A stretch of 64,000 nt of DNA from Blepharisma stoltei ATCC 30299. Its lineage: Eukaryota > Protista > Ciliophora. The notes under the pieces were generated by a model, which saw only the letters and a program-made list of their open reading frames with translations, was not told where the DNA came from and ran no database searches. The position numbers and the translations under genes were made by a program. The stretch lies in assembly GCA_965603825.1 (NCBI GenBank), contig CBFDEM010000064.1:186001-250000 (forward strand), in the 5' to 3' direction. Within the stretch, counting starts at the first letter, position 1, and every line of letters begins with the position of its first letter. Positions 23,809 through 35,369 of the stretch are shown here, one piece after another.

Positions 23809-24126
23809 ATGGAAACAGAAAGATTGAACTTGAAATCTTTTCGACACATCGCGACATCTCCTCGATTTACACCTCTGCAATCTCCAAGACTTAGAAAACT
23901 TGTTGTTCTCAGTCCTGATCGCGAAAATCCAGACTTGAATTCTGGATTTAACAGCCCCAGAATCGTGCGGGCATCTCATGTATTCAAGCCTTCAAATGCA
24001 TCTTCTTTAGCAACTCCAAGAAGACAAGAACACCAACATAATGAAGTTTTTATTGGGAAAGACCGCAGGCTTATTAGCAGAAACCTATTGCTAGACAAGT
24101 ACAAATATGCAGAAATGCAAAACTAA
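23809..24126 (+). CDS. Hypothetical basic protein rich in S/T-P-R motifs
   Basis: 105-aa ORF with GC above the flanks; TSPR, QSPR, NSPR, TPRR. Confidence 0.65.
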   Translation: METERLNLKSFRHIATSPRFTPLQSPRLRKLVVLSPDRENPDLNSGFNSPRIVRASHVFKPSNASSLATPRRQEHQHNEVFIGKDRRLISRNLLLDKYKYAEMQN

Positions 24127-25603
24127 TGCTTTGTTATCTAGTTATAATTTATGTTATAGATACAATAAGTTTCAAATAATTTGATTTGTTAGGAAGAATA
24201 GATTATTAATCAGAAAATAAAATAAGGCTATTAGGTAAAAGCTTTATTCAAATCAGAAATTATGATAATTATAACTATACAAATGGCAAAAAATTTATTT
24301 CAATATGCACAAGTATCAAAAGATATTGCGATAAGAATTATTATGAGCAGGAACAATTAGCTTTATTTGCTTTTGAGTTTAAATTGATTTAATAGCAAAA
24401 ATTATTTTTTATAAATATTATTCATAATAATCAGTAATAAGAGTATTTATTTGCTCTTTATTTATGATAATTTATTAGCATAAATAAAATTCAATGGCAT
24501 TTTGCAATATTTTTTTCAATTATTGTCCTTCTATTGAAAAGCGCTATTAAAATTGATAAGTGAGGGCTCAAACTCTTTTAATCAGCAAGTGAAAGACAAG
24601 GAAAAGAGTTTTTTTCACTTCAGCAGAGACTGAATTACGCTTTACTATTTCTCATCAATACTATTATTGCTATGGAGATACTAAACGATTTAGATTTTAC
24701 TGGTTATTAAATTTATAGTCAAGATAATTAAATAGAATTAGAATTAGATACGGAGATACTATTAGATTTTTTATATACTTAGATTGAGAACTTATGAGAG
24801 GTAATAAAATTTGCAAATTCTTAGGGAGAGCACTATAGGGTCTGAAAAAATAGACTCAGGAAAAATGGAGAAAAGATAATTTAGTGTATTTATGTGAAGA
24901 TATTGATGAAGATCTTGAAGAAGGTGAAGATAATGAAGCAAAACTTGAAAGTGTTCGTGTAGATTATAATTAGCCAATTTTATGATAAAAAAAATCTGAA
25001 GTAGATAAAATCATTGAAGTAAAACCTGGGGTAATTCATGAAAGGCATGTGGATTCTTTTATGAAGATCTTGGTGATGACGATGGAGAAGATCCAGGAGT
25101 GGAACCAGGATTGAAAATGGCAATGACCTATTACTAAAGGAAAAATTATAAGCAATTAATAATTCTCTATCTATTGAAAATCAACCTGCAAATATAGGTT
25201 ACTCTTTATTTATAAATTGAAATAGCTTTATTAATTTAATCTTCTCAGTTAATGAATATTCCATCATAAATAAAATTTTTCCTTAGCCGTTATCTTTAAT
25301 AAAAGTTTTTTCCTATCCCATTTTTATATGCAATGATGACAAACTGTAAAGAATTAATTGCTTTAGTTATTGATATTTATATTTTCTCCTTCTATTTACT
25401 TATATTTTTTAGTTTTGATGGAATCATGCTCTATGTATATTTAATTATGATTTTATTATATATAAGCCATTTTTAAGATTACTTTTATCAACCATCAAGC
25501 AGAAAGGATTTAAAATTAAATTTCCACACAAATTGCACATTACCAGCAATTATAGAATTTGAAAGCAATTAATCCTGATTATTTTTAATATTAATAATAT
25601 TTG

Positions 25604-27277
25604 TTATAGCCTGATCCTTTGTCTTGCTTTCTCGTCTAAATTTTTAATAACTAGAAGAGTTCTTACATCGTTGAAGTCGATTTTTCCTTTAGTTTGATAT
25701 GTTTTTTGTAGCTCAGCCAAGACTTCCCACAGATTTTTCAGCTCTTGTTCCTTTTCTCTAATTTTCTGCTTAAAAGCATCAATTTGAGTCTTCAAGCTCA
25801 TTTGACCTTCCATGCTTTCCCCTTGGTTTCTATCCATTCTTACAGCTAAATTTTCATTTTCCTGTGAAGCCAACACCAATCGCTCTTTTAAGTCTTTAAT
25901 TTCATGCTTAAGACCTGTATAGATTTCAGCCCATTCGTTTTTTTGTTTAATTCTGTATTTTTCTTTATTTTCTATTTCAATCAGCATTCTTTCTCTTTCT
26001 TGAGCCATTTGTTTGTCTTTGTCCTCTAGGGCTTTCCGTAGCATAAATACTTCTTGATCCCCATTTTGGATGAGATTTTCTTTTTGGTCTCGGAGTCTCT
26101 GGATTTCATCTCTGAGCTCTCTAAATTCTCGATTTTTCTCTTCATCGTCTAACTTAAAGCTGTTTAGTCTTTCTCTGAAATCTTGGTCAGCTTTTGTGAG
26201 TTCCTTTTGCAGGCGAAGAATTTCTTTATCTTTTGATTGCTCTAAAGCGACGATTCTTTCATTCGCAGATATTTTTGACTGCTCGAGCTCTCTCGTTAGT
26301 GCTTTATATCTCTCGTTTAAGTTTTGGAAGCCTGCACCATTGTGTTTCATCTGCTCATCAAATTCGAATTGCCTGGATTCAAGGATTTTCTGCATATTTT
26401 CAACTTCGTTGTTAAGCTTTTCAATTTCTTGCTGTTTTCTATGCAAGTTAACTTGTAAGTTTCCAACTTCTGTTGACTTCTTTATCAGATTTTCAGTTTT
26501 TTCTTCTAATGAAATATTTTTCTGCTCAATTTGCTGTTCTAGCTCTTTAAGCTTTTTTTTATATTCATATTCCACATCAGTAGCTCTTGGCAAATTTGAT
26601 AGCTTGTTATTAAGTTCTTTTAAAGCTTCTATTTGTCTTTCATATTTTTCTCTTTCTTTTTTTAGCTCATTTTCATGTGATAAAGAAATTTCTGTTTTTA
26701 ATTCTTTAGTTTCATGTAAGGAAATATGACCAAGTTTTTCAATCTGCCTCATGCAATCGTGGAGAGATAATAGCTGACTTTCTAAGTCAGAAATTATTTT
26801 CTCATTCACGCTTTCAACATCGCAAACTTGTTGCACTAGATGCTCTCTATTTGTAGTTACTTTTATGGTGCTTAAAGGCTTCATTTGAGACTGTAATTGG
26901 ACAATAGCGCTTTCTATGACAAATCTTCTTTTCTTCAGCATTTCTTTGACTCTTGAAAACTCATTTTCTTCAGTAATCTCTTCATCTTCGTTCTTTTTAG
27001 CTAATTTTCCTTTCTTTCTTTTTATAGTAATATTTTTTATATCAGTTTCTTCTCCTGCCCTGATTTTTGGCTTTTTTTCAGGTATATTTTCTTTCTTGGC
27101 CGCTTTTTTCTTTTTCATCTTGTCGAAGTGATAATCGACCATGCTTTTAGTTTTCTTCCTGAAAAATCCATAAAGAGAATTTGGCGATTCACCGTCCTCT
27201 GTGCTATCTTCTTCGAAGTTCAGTAATTTTTTCTCAATATTTATCTCACTTGGGGATCGTTCCCTGATAACGGCCAT
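25604..27277 (-). CDS. Long coiled-coil protein
   Basis: 557-aa ORF with E/K/Q/L-rich heptad composition. Confidence 0.85.
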   Translation of the reverse strand: MAVIRERSPSEINIEKKLLNFEEDSTEDGESPNSLYGFFRKKTKSMVDYHFDKMKKKKAAKKENIPEKKPKIRAGEETDIKNITIKRKKGKLAKKNEDEEITEENEFSRVKEMLKKRRFVIESAIVQLQSQMKPLSTIKVTTNREHLVQQVCDVESVNEKIISDLESQLLSLHDCMRQIEKLGHISLHETKELKTEISLSHENELKKEREKYERQIEALKELNNKLSNLPRATDVEYEYKKKLKELEQQIEQKNISLEEKTENLIKKSTEVGNLQVNLHRKQQEIEKLNNEVENMQKILESRQFEFDEQMKHNGAGFQNLNERYKALTRELEQSKISANERIVALEQSKDKEILRLQKELTKADQDFRERLNSFKLDDEEKNREFRELRDEIQRLRDQKENLIQNGDQEVFMLRKALEDKDKQMAQERERMLIEIENKEKYRIKQKNEWAEIYTGLKHEIKDLKERLVLASQENENLAVRMDRNQGESMEGQMSLKTQIDAFKQKIREKEQELKNLWEVLAELQKTYQTKGKIDFNDVRTLLVIKNLDEKARQRIRL

Positions 27278-27408
27278 TTAAAATTTTAAATATGAATTCA
27301 TATAGTCAAACAAAATTTTCAGCAATTCGAATAGATATGTAATGGCTATAAACTAAGATTATTTAAGCAGCAATAAAAATTATAGAGTATTATAAATATC
27401 AAAAAAAA

Positions 27409-29208
27409 TTAAACTCTAACACTTAAATTAGGCATTTCTATGTTCCAGCTTTGACTGCCAAAATCAAAACAATAAAGGTATTTATTTTTTGAAAATGCAT
27501 AAATCTTGCTACCAATCGTCACGATTGGGTCAAAAAATATAGTAGATTCTGAACCGTCTTCTGGGATTGGTATATCATTAATATATTGGAAATTTAATCC
27601 ATCAAAAATATAAGTATTCGGAATTTTTGTTCCATTTTGGCATTTTCCTCCAAAACACAATAATTTATTACTTGGAAGTGCAACAACCCCGAGGCTTGAA
27701 ACCCCAAATGGATACTCAACGGATAAAATATCCCAGTGGTTTTGAGCCATTGAATAGGCTTGAATTAAGTATAAATTAACAGACCCAACTTCTTCAACAT
27801 ATCCTCCTATACAAAATATTCTTCCAGCCATATGACAAGCTCCAGGTAAAAAGGTAGTTGAAGGCAAAGGCTCAATGTCAATTCATTGGTTTGAATCTAA
27901 TAAATATTTTTGGCAGCGGCTTTGAGATGTGTTGGGGTCTATAATTTCTACCCCTGCTACAGCATATATTTCACGTCCTACTGGGACTAATCTTAACCCG
28001 TATTGCTTATATTTTAGTTCTGCAATATTTTCTGAATGCCTTGATTGAGGATCTAGAGTCCAACAAGAAACTGTACCTTCTGGAGCGTCTTCTTTGAGAC
28101 CTCCTGCAAACATCAGCCTTCCATCTCCAAGAATGCAAAGTCCTGTGTATTTGTAAAAATTATGGAAACTTGCAGGTCCAGTTTTTCTTGATGCTTTGTT
28201 GTCTAAGTTATATTCTAAAATTTCGCATTCAGTTTGGCAAAAATGATACACATATTTCCCTTTTTCCCTATTTGATAAAACCGGAGGATCTTTTCCAGTC
28301 ATTTTTTCTTCAATGTCAAAATAGCTTCAAGATCCGCTATTTAAATCATATGTAAATAAAGTTTCGTCATCAGAATACAGCAAAACTTCTTGTTTAGCAT
28401 ATAAAGGAGTATCAGAAAATCTCAGCTGCCCTACAGTAGGTAAGTCAGATAAAGCTTGAAATTCTCTACCATTAAACATATAAGTATTTTTCGATTCATC
28501 TGAAGAATAATGCTCACAAGGGTCATGCCCTCCAATAATCATGACTGCAGTGTCTGTCAAAACTACACAAGAGGGAAGTCCATGCAACGGAGGCGTTGTA
28601 ATGCTGCTTTGAGCTCATTCGTGTGTTTCCAAGTCAAGCTTCAGCATTGACCCAAACGGAGTAGGCTGATTTGGATAATTTAGAAATCCTCCTATTAAAT
28701 TTAACCCTTTTCCTATAATAAAGCTCCCACATAATGATAGATTTACAGGTATTTTTGGCAATTCTGATCATTTATTAGTTTTTACATCATATACCAGTGG
28801 TGGCGCAGGCTTTTCTAAGCCATCAGCTTCAATGCATAGCGATCCAATTACATAAACCTTGTTTTGATATGTGTGGCATCTCCCATATGCCAAACTCATG
28901 GGTGGCCCATTAATTTGGCTAGTTTTTCGTTCAATGATATCTAAAAGGAAAGCAATTTCCCCATTTTCTACGCCTCCAATACAAATATATAGACCTGATT
29001 TTATTTTTCCAAATAAAGCTCCAGCTTGGAACATGAAATCTGTATTAATTTTCACATCCCAAAAAGCACGATCTGAAGGTCGGTAGCATATTAAAGTAGA
29101 AGAGCTGCTCTTTGGCTTGTAATAAAGACTGTCATCTGTTGTTGCCATTCGTTCTAACATCTGGTTTCCATTTGCTTTGTTTTTCTTTCCAGAGAAGCAC
29201 CCTCCCAT
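27409..29208 (-). CDS. N-acylated Kelch-repeat (probably double beta-propeller) protein, 599 aa
   Basis: Four track ORFs in one frame. TGA at 28768, 28615, 28327 and 27883 each sits at the blade-terminal Trp (YDVKTNK-W, LDLETHE-W, YDLNSGS-W, YLLDSNQ-W). IGG/AGG motifs; N-terminus MGGCFSGKK. Confidence 0.9.
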
Positions 29209-29319
29209 ATATGATTAGGTATTATATAAAATAAGAAATATAGAAGAAAATAAGTAGTCTGAAGACTTGAAGACGAATGAATTAGATTATAGGAATAATT
29301 AGCCATTTATATAAATTAA

Positions 29320-30198
29320 ATGTTTTTTCAATCTTTCCATCGCCAACCTCAGCATCACACGTATTTTGAGATGTATAAAGCATTTCCAGCAAGCTTCTTT
29401 GGAAAAACAGAAGTAGAGAAAGGGAATTTCAGTATTTTATAAACAGTAATTTTGCCAACCTCGGCTGCTCAGACTTTAGTTAATCTAAGAATTGACTATC
29501 CTATGCTATTCAAACTTACAAATACTCAACTTGGTTTATTTACACACTGTGGAGTACTTGAATTTACTGCTGAAGAAGGAACCTGCTTGCTTCCTTACTG
29601 AGTATCTCCTATATAGCTTATGAACCATCTCGGAATTTCTGAAGGAGGAGATGTCACAATAGAAAGTGTCAGACTACCCCGCGGATCCTTCGTCAAAATC
29701 CAGCCTCATACAACAGCATTTATCGACCTTCCAAACCCTAAAGCTGTCTTAGAAAATGCTCTGAGAAGCTACGCATGCTTAAGCCAGGGTGATACAATTT
29801 CTGTGCAATTTGCAGGAAGAAGTTTCGAAATTGATATTATTGAGACCAGGCCTGGACCCGCTGTAATGACGATTCAAACTGACCTTGAAGTTGATTTCGC
29901 ACCTCCTAAAGACTATCACGAAGAAGCTCCTCAGCTGAAAAAAGAACCTTCTCTTACATATGAGCAAGAAGAAAAAAAACAACAGAATAAGACTGCAACT
30001 TGGCAGGGGACTGGGAATAGACTTGATGGAAAGCCTATCACCAATTCTATACCTGCCCGGAAAGAGTCTACAGATAAAGCTTCAAATGAATATGACCCTA
30101 GAAAGCATCGATTGGTGAATGGGGTTAAAAAGACTACAGGAAATATGAAAACAAGTTATTGGGATACCTTAAGCTCAGGAAATTCGATAAAGAAATAA
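29320..30198 (+). CDS. UFD1: Ubiquitin fusion degradation protein 1; exons 29320-29431, 29447-29601, 29617-30198
   Basis: Spliced product gives EKGNFIILPTSA...YPMLFKL...THCGVLEFTAEEG..LPYWLM...FVKIQPH...NPKAVLE..LR.YACLS.GD, DLEVDFAPP and the SHP box WQGTGNRLDGK. Confidence 0.95.
29432..29446 (+). other. 15-nt spliceosomal intron (UFD1 intron 1)
   Basis: GTATTTTATAAACAG; contains an in-frame TAA; removal restores the conserved G..IILP motif. Confidence 0.92.
29602..29616 (+). other. 15-nt spliceosomal intron (UFD1 intron 2)
   Basis: GTATCTCCTATATAG; in-frame TAG; removal restores LPYW-LMNHL. Confidence 0.92.
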
Positions 30199-30203
30199 AT
30201 TAG

Positions 30204-31235
30204 TTAATTTTTGATATTTAGCCACCTATGAGTCAGTATTTCTTGTATTGAAATTCTTTCATCTGGGTTTTTTGTCAAAATTTTCAAAAGTAGATCTTTG
30301 AAATCATCAGAAAAAGATTCATGAAGAGTAAGCTCTTGGTTTTGAATAGAGAGCTGAGTCTGGATTTCGCTTTCGTTAGACCAAAAAGGTAAAAAACCTC
30401 CAGACATCATAGCATACATACAAATTCCCATAGCCCAAACATCAGATTTTTGGCCTGAAAATCCATTCCCTGAAAACATGCTTTCAGGCGCCTGAAAAGG
30501 TGTCGTCCCTGGCGGGTTATAACAAAGTGTCTCAGGAGTTTCTAGCTTCTGTGAAATCGTAAAATCAGTTAGCTTTGCATTGCAGTCCATACTACAAAAT
30601 AAGATATTATCAGGTTTTAAATCTTTGTGAATAACATTTCTAGTTGGATTTTGCAAATATTCAACCCCTTGAGCGACCTGGCTGAAAATTATTTTTGCAG
30701 TAGCTTCTCTTTCATCAAATTTTTCATAGACTTCTGGGTACTTTTCTCTTAGCCAGCCCACGACATCATTGTTGAGCTCATATCTTTGTTCATCAGATTT
30801 TCACTTCATTATTTGTCCGCAATCTGCGTATTCAATCACTAGGTATACGTAATCGTGGTTTCTATCATCAATTACTTCGTAAAGGCGGATTATATTAGGA
30901 TGGCAAAGGGTTCTTCAAATGCTTATTTCTGTTTTTACTTTTTCTCAGTTATTAGCCATTTTCATGGTATTTGTGGAGTCGTAGAGCACGCATCTTTGTT
31001 TTTTCAGTGTCGGCTTGTGCATTTTTTTGATAGCGTAAATTGCTTGTTCTTCATTTCCATTTTCATCTCGAAAAATTCTATAAGATTGTTTCACCTTGGA
31101 AAAGCAGCCTCTCCCTATTGTTTTTTCCAAAATAAATTTCGACCCATCATTTAAGCATTCAATGACTTTTCTACCTTGAGGGTTACGGCTAATAGCAACT
31201 TCTGTAGTATCATAAACGACGAAATCCGGGTCCAT
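30204..31235 (-). CDS. CaMKK-like Ser/Thr kinase (DFT variant)
   Basis: One frame with three TGA(Trp). GRGCFSKV, YAIKK, HPNIIRLYEVIDD, HKDLKPDN, DFT, GTTPFQAPE, DVWAMG. Confidence 0.9.
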
Positions 31236-31254
31236 GTTTTTTATTACTTATTAA

Positions 31255-32454
31255 TTACCTAAAAGGTTGCTGAGAATTCATGTATTGTCCCATCATCATT
31301 CCAGTCATGAATTGGTTATATGCCATCATTGCTGCCATAGGGTTTACACCTTGCATTTGATTTTGCATATTTGGCGGCATGGCTTGAGCTCCTATTTGAG
31401 GCATTCCTAATGGAAATCCATTAGGCTGCGAACTACTCTGTGGGAGAGGCTGCTTGCTAGTCTCTGGCCTAGGTGAGACAGCTGATCAGTCAAAAGTATT
31501 CGCTTGCGGTTGGCTTGTTTGGGATTCAAAAGGGTTGTTGCTCATCCCGAATTGATTATTATTTGCGAAAGGGTTGTTGTTTGGCTTGCTTTTGTTTGAA
31601 GGAGTACTTATGTTACTTGTGAAAATGTCTGTAGGTAATGTGGAAATTTGATATGGAGCATCTAATAAATTTTGTTGATCTTGTGGCTTTTTCACTTCTA
31701 CATCTTCATTTTTAGGTGGTGGAGGGGGTGGAGAGGATACAGGAATGGGCCTTCTTTCTACAACTCTAGGTGGCTCGCTTCTTCTTGGAGTTCCGTACAA
31801 ATCTGGAGAATCCCTATCATTTTTCCTGGATTTTGAAAAATCTTCATATCTTTCCCATACCTCATTTTCTTCCTGATTTTTCCTGAATCCATCAGCTCTT
31901 ATATTTCCTTCATATCGATCTCTCCTTTCTCCTCTCAAAGAATGCCTTGAAGTGTCTTTATTTTTAAATGGATCGTCATAATCATATGAGCTGTCATTAA
32001 AAGGGTTATCTCTATAAGCTTGTGGGTCTCCAGCCTTTCTTGTATAAAAAGGATCATTTGCTTCTTCTCTATATGGAATATTTGGCTCAGTATCAAAGTG
32101 GTATTGTTCGTTATACCTAAAATCGCTTTGCGTTCTTGTTCTTAGGTAATGACTTTCAAATGAATAATTGTCTACTCTTAAATCAAAGATATGATCTTCT
32201 TGCTCATAAACTAGAAGATTGTGACGGCCTATTCTTAGAGGATAGCTTCCATATATTGCTGTTTTTTTAGTCTGAATTTTAATATCACCATCAACTAACA
32301 CTTTTCGCTTTCCTGAAATCTTGGAAACATACAGATCAACTGTATGTTCATGTCCATCAAGCTCAAATTTTCAGCTGTGACGTTTTTTAGTAGATTTTAT
32401 ATGTTTTCCTACATTCAAGCAGTCGTACAAAAGTGGCTTAAAATTTTTGGACAT
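31255..32454 (-). CDS. FAIM-like N-terminal domain protein with an NPF/DPF-rich disordered tail (399 aa)
   Basis: With TGA=Trp the frame runs from ATG 32454 to TAA 31255. NVGKHIKSTKKRHSWKFELDGHEHTVDLYVSKISGKRKVLVDG resembles the FAIM 'W...DG.H.I......SGKR.V.VDG' pattern. Confidence 0.75.
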
Positions 32455-32763
32455 TTTTATAGTATATTATCAGTTTATAAATGAGTGAAACTCCTTTAAA
32501 TCCTTTTAATAATGAAACTTAATTATTGAAAGAAATTAATATTCTACTGTTCAGAACTCTTTTATTTTTAATATTTATCTAAAATAAGAGAAAATCCAAG
32601 GCTTTCACAGTAGTTTTAATATATAAATTATAAATTCGTAATTATATAATAGATTTTAAGCTTTATGCTATTATTTTGAAATTCACAATAAATCGAGGAA
32701 TTATGTGAAAGGAATTTGCAATTTTTTATTATCAATAATTAAGAAAAGGCTTGCAATAACTAT

Positions 32764-33661
32764 ATGAAGAATAGATCATTATCATATCTCATATGTGTAG
32801 ATGGATCACCTTCGTCTATTGATTTTTTTAACAATTTTTTGCATGAGCACATAGTTATGGGAGATCGAGTTTGTGCATTGCACATCTACAATTCTTCTAA
32901 TCCCAATTTTTTAATATCTCCTGAAGATTTACGATTCCAACTTGAATGCCAACTCCTAATGAAAGTAATTCTAATTCAGCTTCCTGGCAATGACTTTGCT
33001 TTCAAATTCGAGCAAAAAGTGGAGAAATTCACAAGTATTCAAATTGTAAAATCAATCCCTGTTGTAAATCCAAACCTTCTCATATTATCATTCAACGGAC
33101 CAAAAGGACCAAAAAAGTAAACATAAATTAGAAAGCCAGGAGAAATAGGATCATCTATCCAATACTCATTATATAGATCACCCATTTCAGTCCTCTACAT
33201 GAAAATCCTTGAATTCAGATCAAGACTGCCATATAGAGGCTACACCTGAATGGTATGTGTTGACAATTCCAATCGAGCATTATCAGCTTTTCATTTAGCT
33301 GTTAGGCTGCACAATACAAATTTTGATAGAATAGGAGTCATTCATATAATTAAAAACACAGAAGAGTCTAAACAAGTTGAAGAAAAGTATAAAAAAGCAA
33401 TTTATGAAAGCGGAGTATTATATATGATAGGTTAATGGGCAATTTTTCCAATTAGAATGCAGACCAGAAGGAAAAGGAGTGCATAGTATATTAATTAGAC
33501 ATTTATGTGCAAGAGATGTTAATGTACATTTTGTGCTTGTAAAATATATGTAGTGCGGAATTGATGGGGATAGGGCTGAAGCGGAAGGAAAAACAGGAAT
33601 TGGCACAGTCCCAGTTCAGCTTGTGATGAGAGCTCCGTGCAATACTTTAATAGTAAAGTAA
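32764..33661 (+). CDS. Tandem universal-stress-protein (USP) domain protein with four tiny introns
   Basis: YLICVDGSPSS...G.KGPK..PGEIGS...YSLYRSPISVLYMK, then W(TGA 33247)MVCVDNS...GIGTVPVQLVMRAPCNTLIVK-TAA. The frame is continuous after removing 32965-32979, 33117-33131, 33415-33430 and 33539-33553. Confidence 0.88.
32965..32979 (+). other. Probable 15-nt intron (in frame, no stop)
   Basis: GTAATTCTAATTCAG matches the GTA/A10/YAG consensus, but would read through as VILIQ if retained. Confidence 0.65.
33117..33131 (+). other. 15-nt intron (USP gene)
   Basis: GTAAACATAAATTAG; in-frame TAA. Confidence 0.9.
33415..33430 (+). other. 16-nt intron (USP gene)
   Basis: GTATTATATATGATAG; removal supplies the frame change needed to reach the USP C-terminal motif. 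Confidence 0.85.
33539..33553 (+). other. 15-nt intron (USP gene)
   Basis: GTAAAATATATGTAG; in-frame TAG; removal gives HFVL-CGIDG. Confidence 0.9.
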
Positions 33662-34066
33662 AAATTCAATTATTATTTTGCAATAACCTTTTGCATTTGC
33701 TATAATATTGGCAAAATCGCGAATATTGAAATATATAATTTTGCTTAATTTAAGCAGAAAAATTAGTCTAAAATGCGAAAGAGAACAAATAAATTGCATC
33801 ATTAAATTCGACCTTTCAATTACATAGCAAAAGAATAAATTTCCTATTATTTTTAGGCTCGCTAATATTTTTTATTGTCTCTAATTATGACCTTTTTATG
33901 AATTAAATAATTTATATTTTAAGTTATACTTACTAAATAGCCTATCTTTTTAAAAATTAATCAGCTATTATTAACAAAAAATAAAATATTAAAATTCACA
34001 AAAGTTGGTGGAATCCCTGATTATTAATCTTACTGATAAATTAAGAAAATTTTAGCCAAATTCTAT

Positions 34067-34621
34067 ATGGTAGATCAGCAGCGATGCTGGCCAAAGATTG
34101 ATCATTATATAGGAATACTAGGGGATCGATATACTGGGAAGACATCAATTATCAAGAGTATTTTAAAACAAGGCTGTACCGATCATTTTAACACTTACTT
34201 TGGACTAGCATTTATCTTAAAAACCCAACCCCAGGGATTGGAGAAACCGGTAAAGTTCTTATTTTTTGATCCTGAGGAAGGAGGAACTCTAAGATTGCTG
34301 AATCCGAAGCTGATTGAAAAAATGAGTTTAACTATAGTAGCATATGACGTGATGTCGAGAGAAAGCTTCGATCATATTGATTTCTGGGTTAACTCAGTTA
34401 AAAATCAAATTGCCTCTAAATTAGTGCTTGTTATCGGAAATAAAATAGACATGAAGGTAAAAAATAGAGCTGTAAAATATGAAGAAGCCCAAGAAAAATG
34501 CTTGAAATTGAACTGTTTTTATATTGAGCTTAGTGCTAAAACCACCCTTCATATTCATGCTATGCTAAGCTCTATAATATGTCTATCTAAAACAGACGCT
34601 AAAAAGAGACTGCCAAATTAA
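34067..34621 (+). CDS. Divergent Rab-like small GTPase
   Basis: GDRYTGKT, GNKID and SAK are present; the G3 box is replaced by FDPEEGG. Confidence 0.85.
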   Translation: MVDQQRCWPKIDHYIGILGDRYTGKTSIIKSILKQGCTDHFNTYFGLAFILKTQPQGLEKPVKFLFFDPEEGGTLRLLNPKLIEKMSLTIVAYDVMSRESFDHIDFWVNSVKNQIASKLVLVIGNKIDMKVKNRAVKYEEAQEKCLKLNCFYIELSAKTTLHIHAMLSSIICLSKTDAKKRLPN

Positions 34622-34757
34622 TGTAGTATTTAACCAAAATTGATGTATAATGCCAATTTCTATTTAAATCTTGCTTTTATTGTTTTTAAATAAGATTAAT
34701 TTTTGAATTTAATTACAAATAATTTGACATCATTATTTTCTATATAAATTTAGAACC

Positions 34758-35369
34758 ATGCTTACAACTTTGCATTTCACCTCTCATGAAGATTTCGCTG
34801 GGGCAAATAATTCAGAAAAGAAGCCTGAGCTGGATCATAAAATTGTTTTCCTTGGAAACGCAAAAACTGGCAAGACATCAATTATCTCTAGATTTTTGCA
34901 TAACACTTTTTCTGAAGAGTACGCATTCACAATAGGTGCTGCTTATACCAAAAAGGAATATTTATATTTAAACCATGTTATTAGGCTTTCTATGTGAGAT
35001 ACTGCAGGTGAAGAAAGATATATGTCTTTGATCCCTATGTATTTGCCAAATTCTGATGAAGTTGTTATTGTATTTGATGTCACAAACAGAAAAAGCTTTG
35101 AGGATATTGAAAATTGGATTTCGTTTGTTAATTCAGCAATAAGAGACCCCATGATTTTTGTTGTTGGGAACAAAATAGAAGAGGATAGAGTGATAAACTT
35201 TGATGAAGCTCACCAGAAGTGCTCTGAATTAGGCTGCTTTTATTTTGAAGTGAGTGCGAAGTTCAATGTTCATGTACAAGAGCTGTTTTTGGTCATGGCA
35301 AAAAAAACTAAAACTTCAATTAAAAGTGGAAAATTTGGAAAGAGGGACGATGCTATTAATCAAATGTAA
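34758..35369 (+). CDS. Rab-family GTPase (Rab5/6-like)
   Basis: GNAKTGKT, TIGAAY, W(TGA 34995)DTAGEERY.SLIPMY, GNKIE, SAK. Confidence 0.92.

Noticed and set aside
24490-25140. Purine-rich, coding-like stretch with acidic fragments (EDLGDDDGEDPG)
   Set aside because: Multiple TAA/TAG in all frames and no recognisable family; at most a decayed gene, which I cannot support as a feature.
26070-26729. 219-aa plus-strand ORF and other antisense ORFs (e.g. 45521-45796, 10942-11277, 43796-44152)
   Set aside because: S/F/L-rich shadows of E/K-rich coding sequence on the opposite strand.
29599-29601. Selenocysteine or Cys reading of in-frame TGA
   Set aside because: The positions align with Trp, not Cys, and swap with TGG in paralogs; none of these are selenoprotein families.
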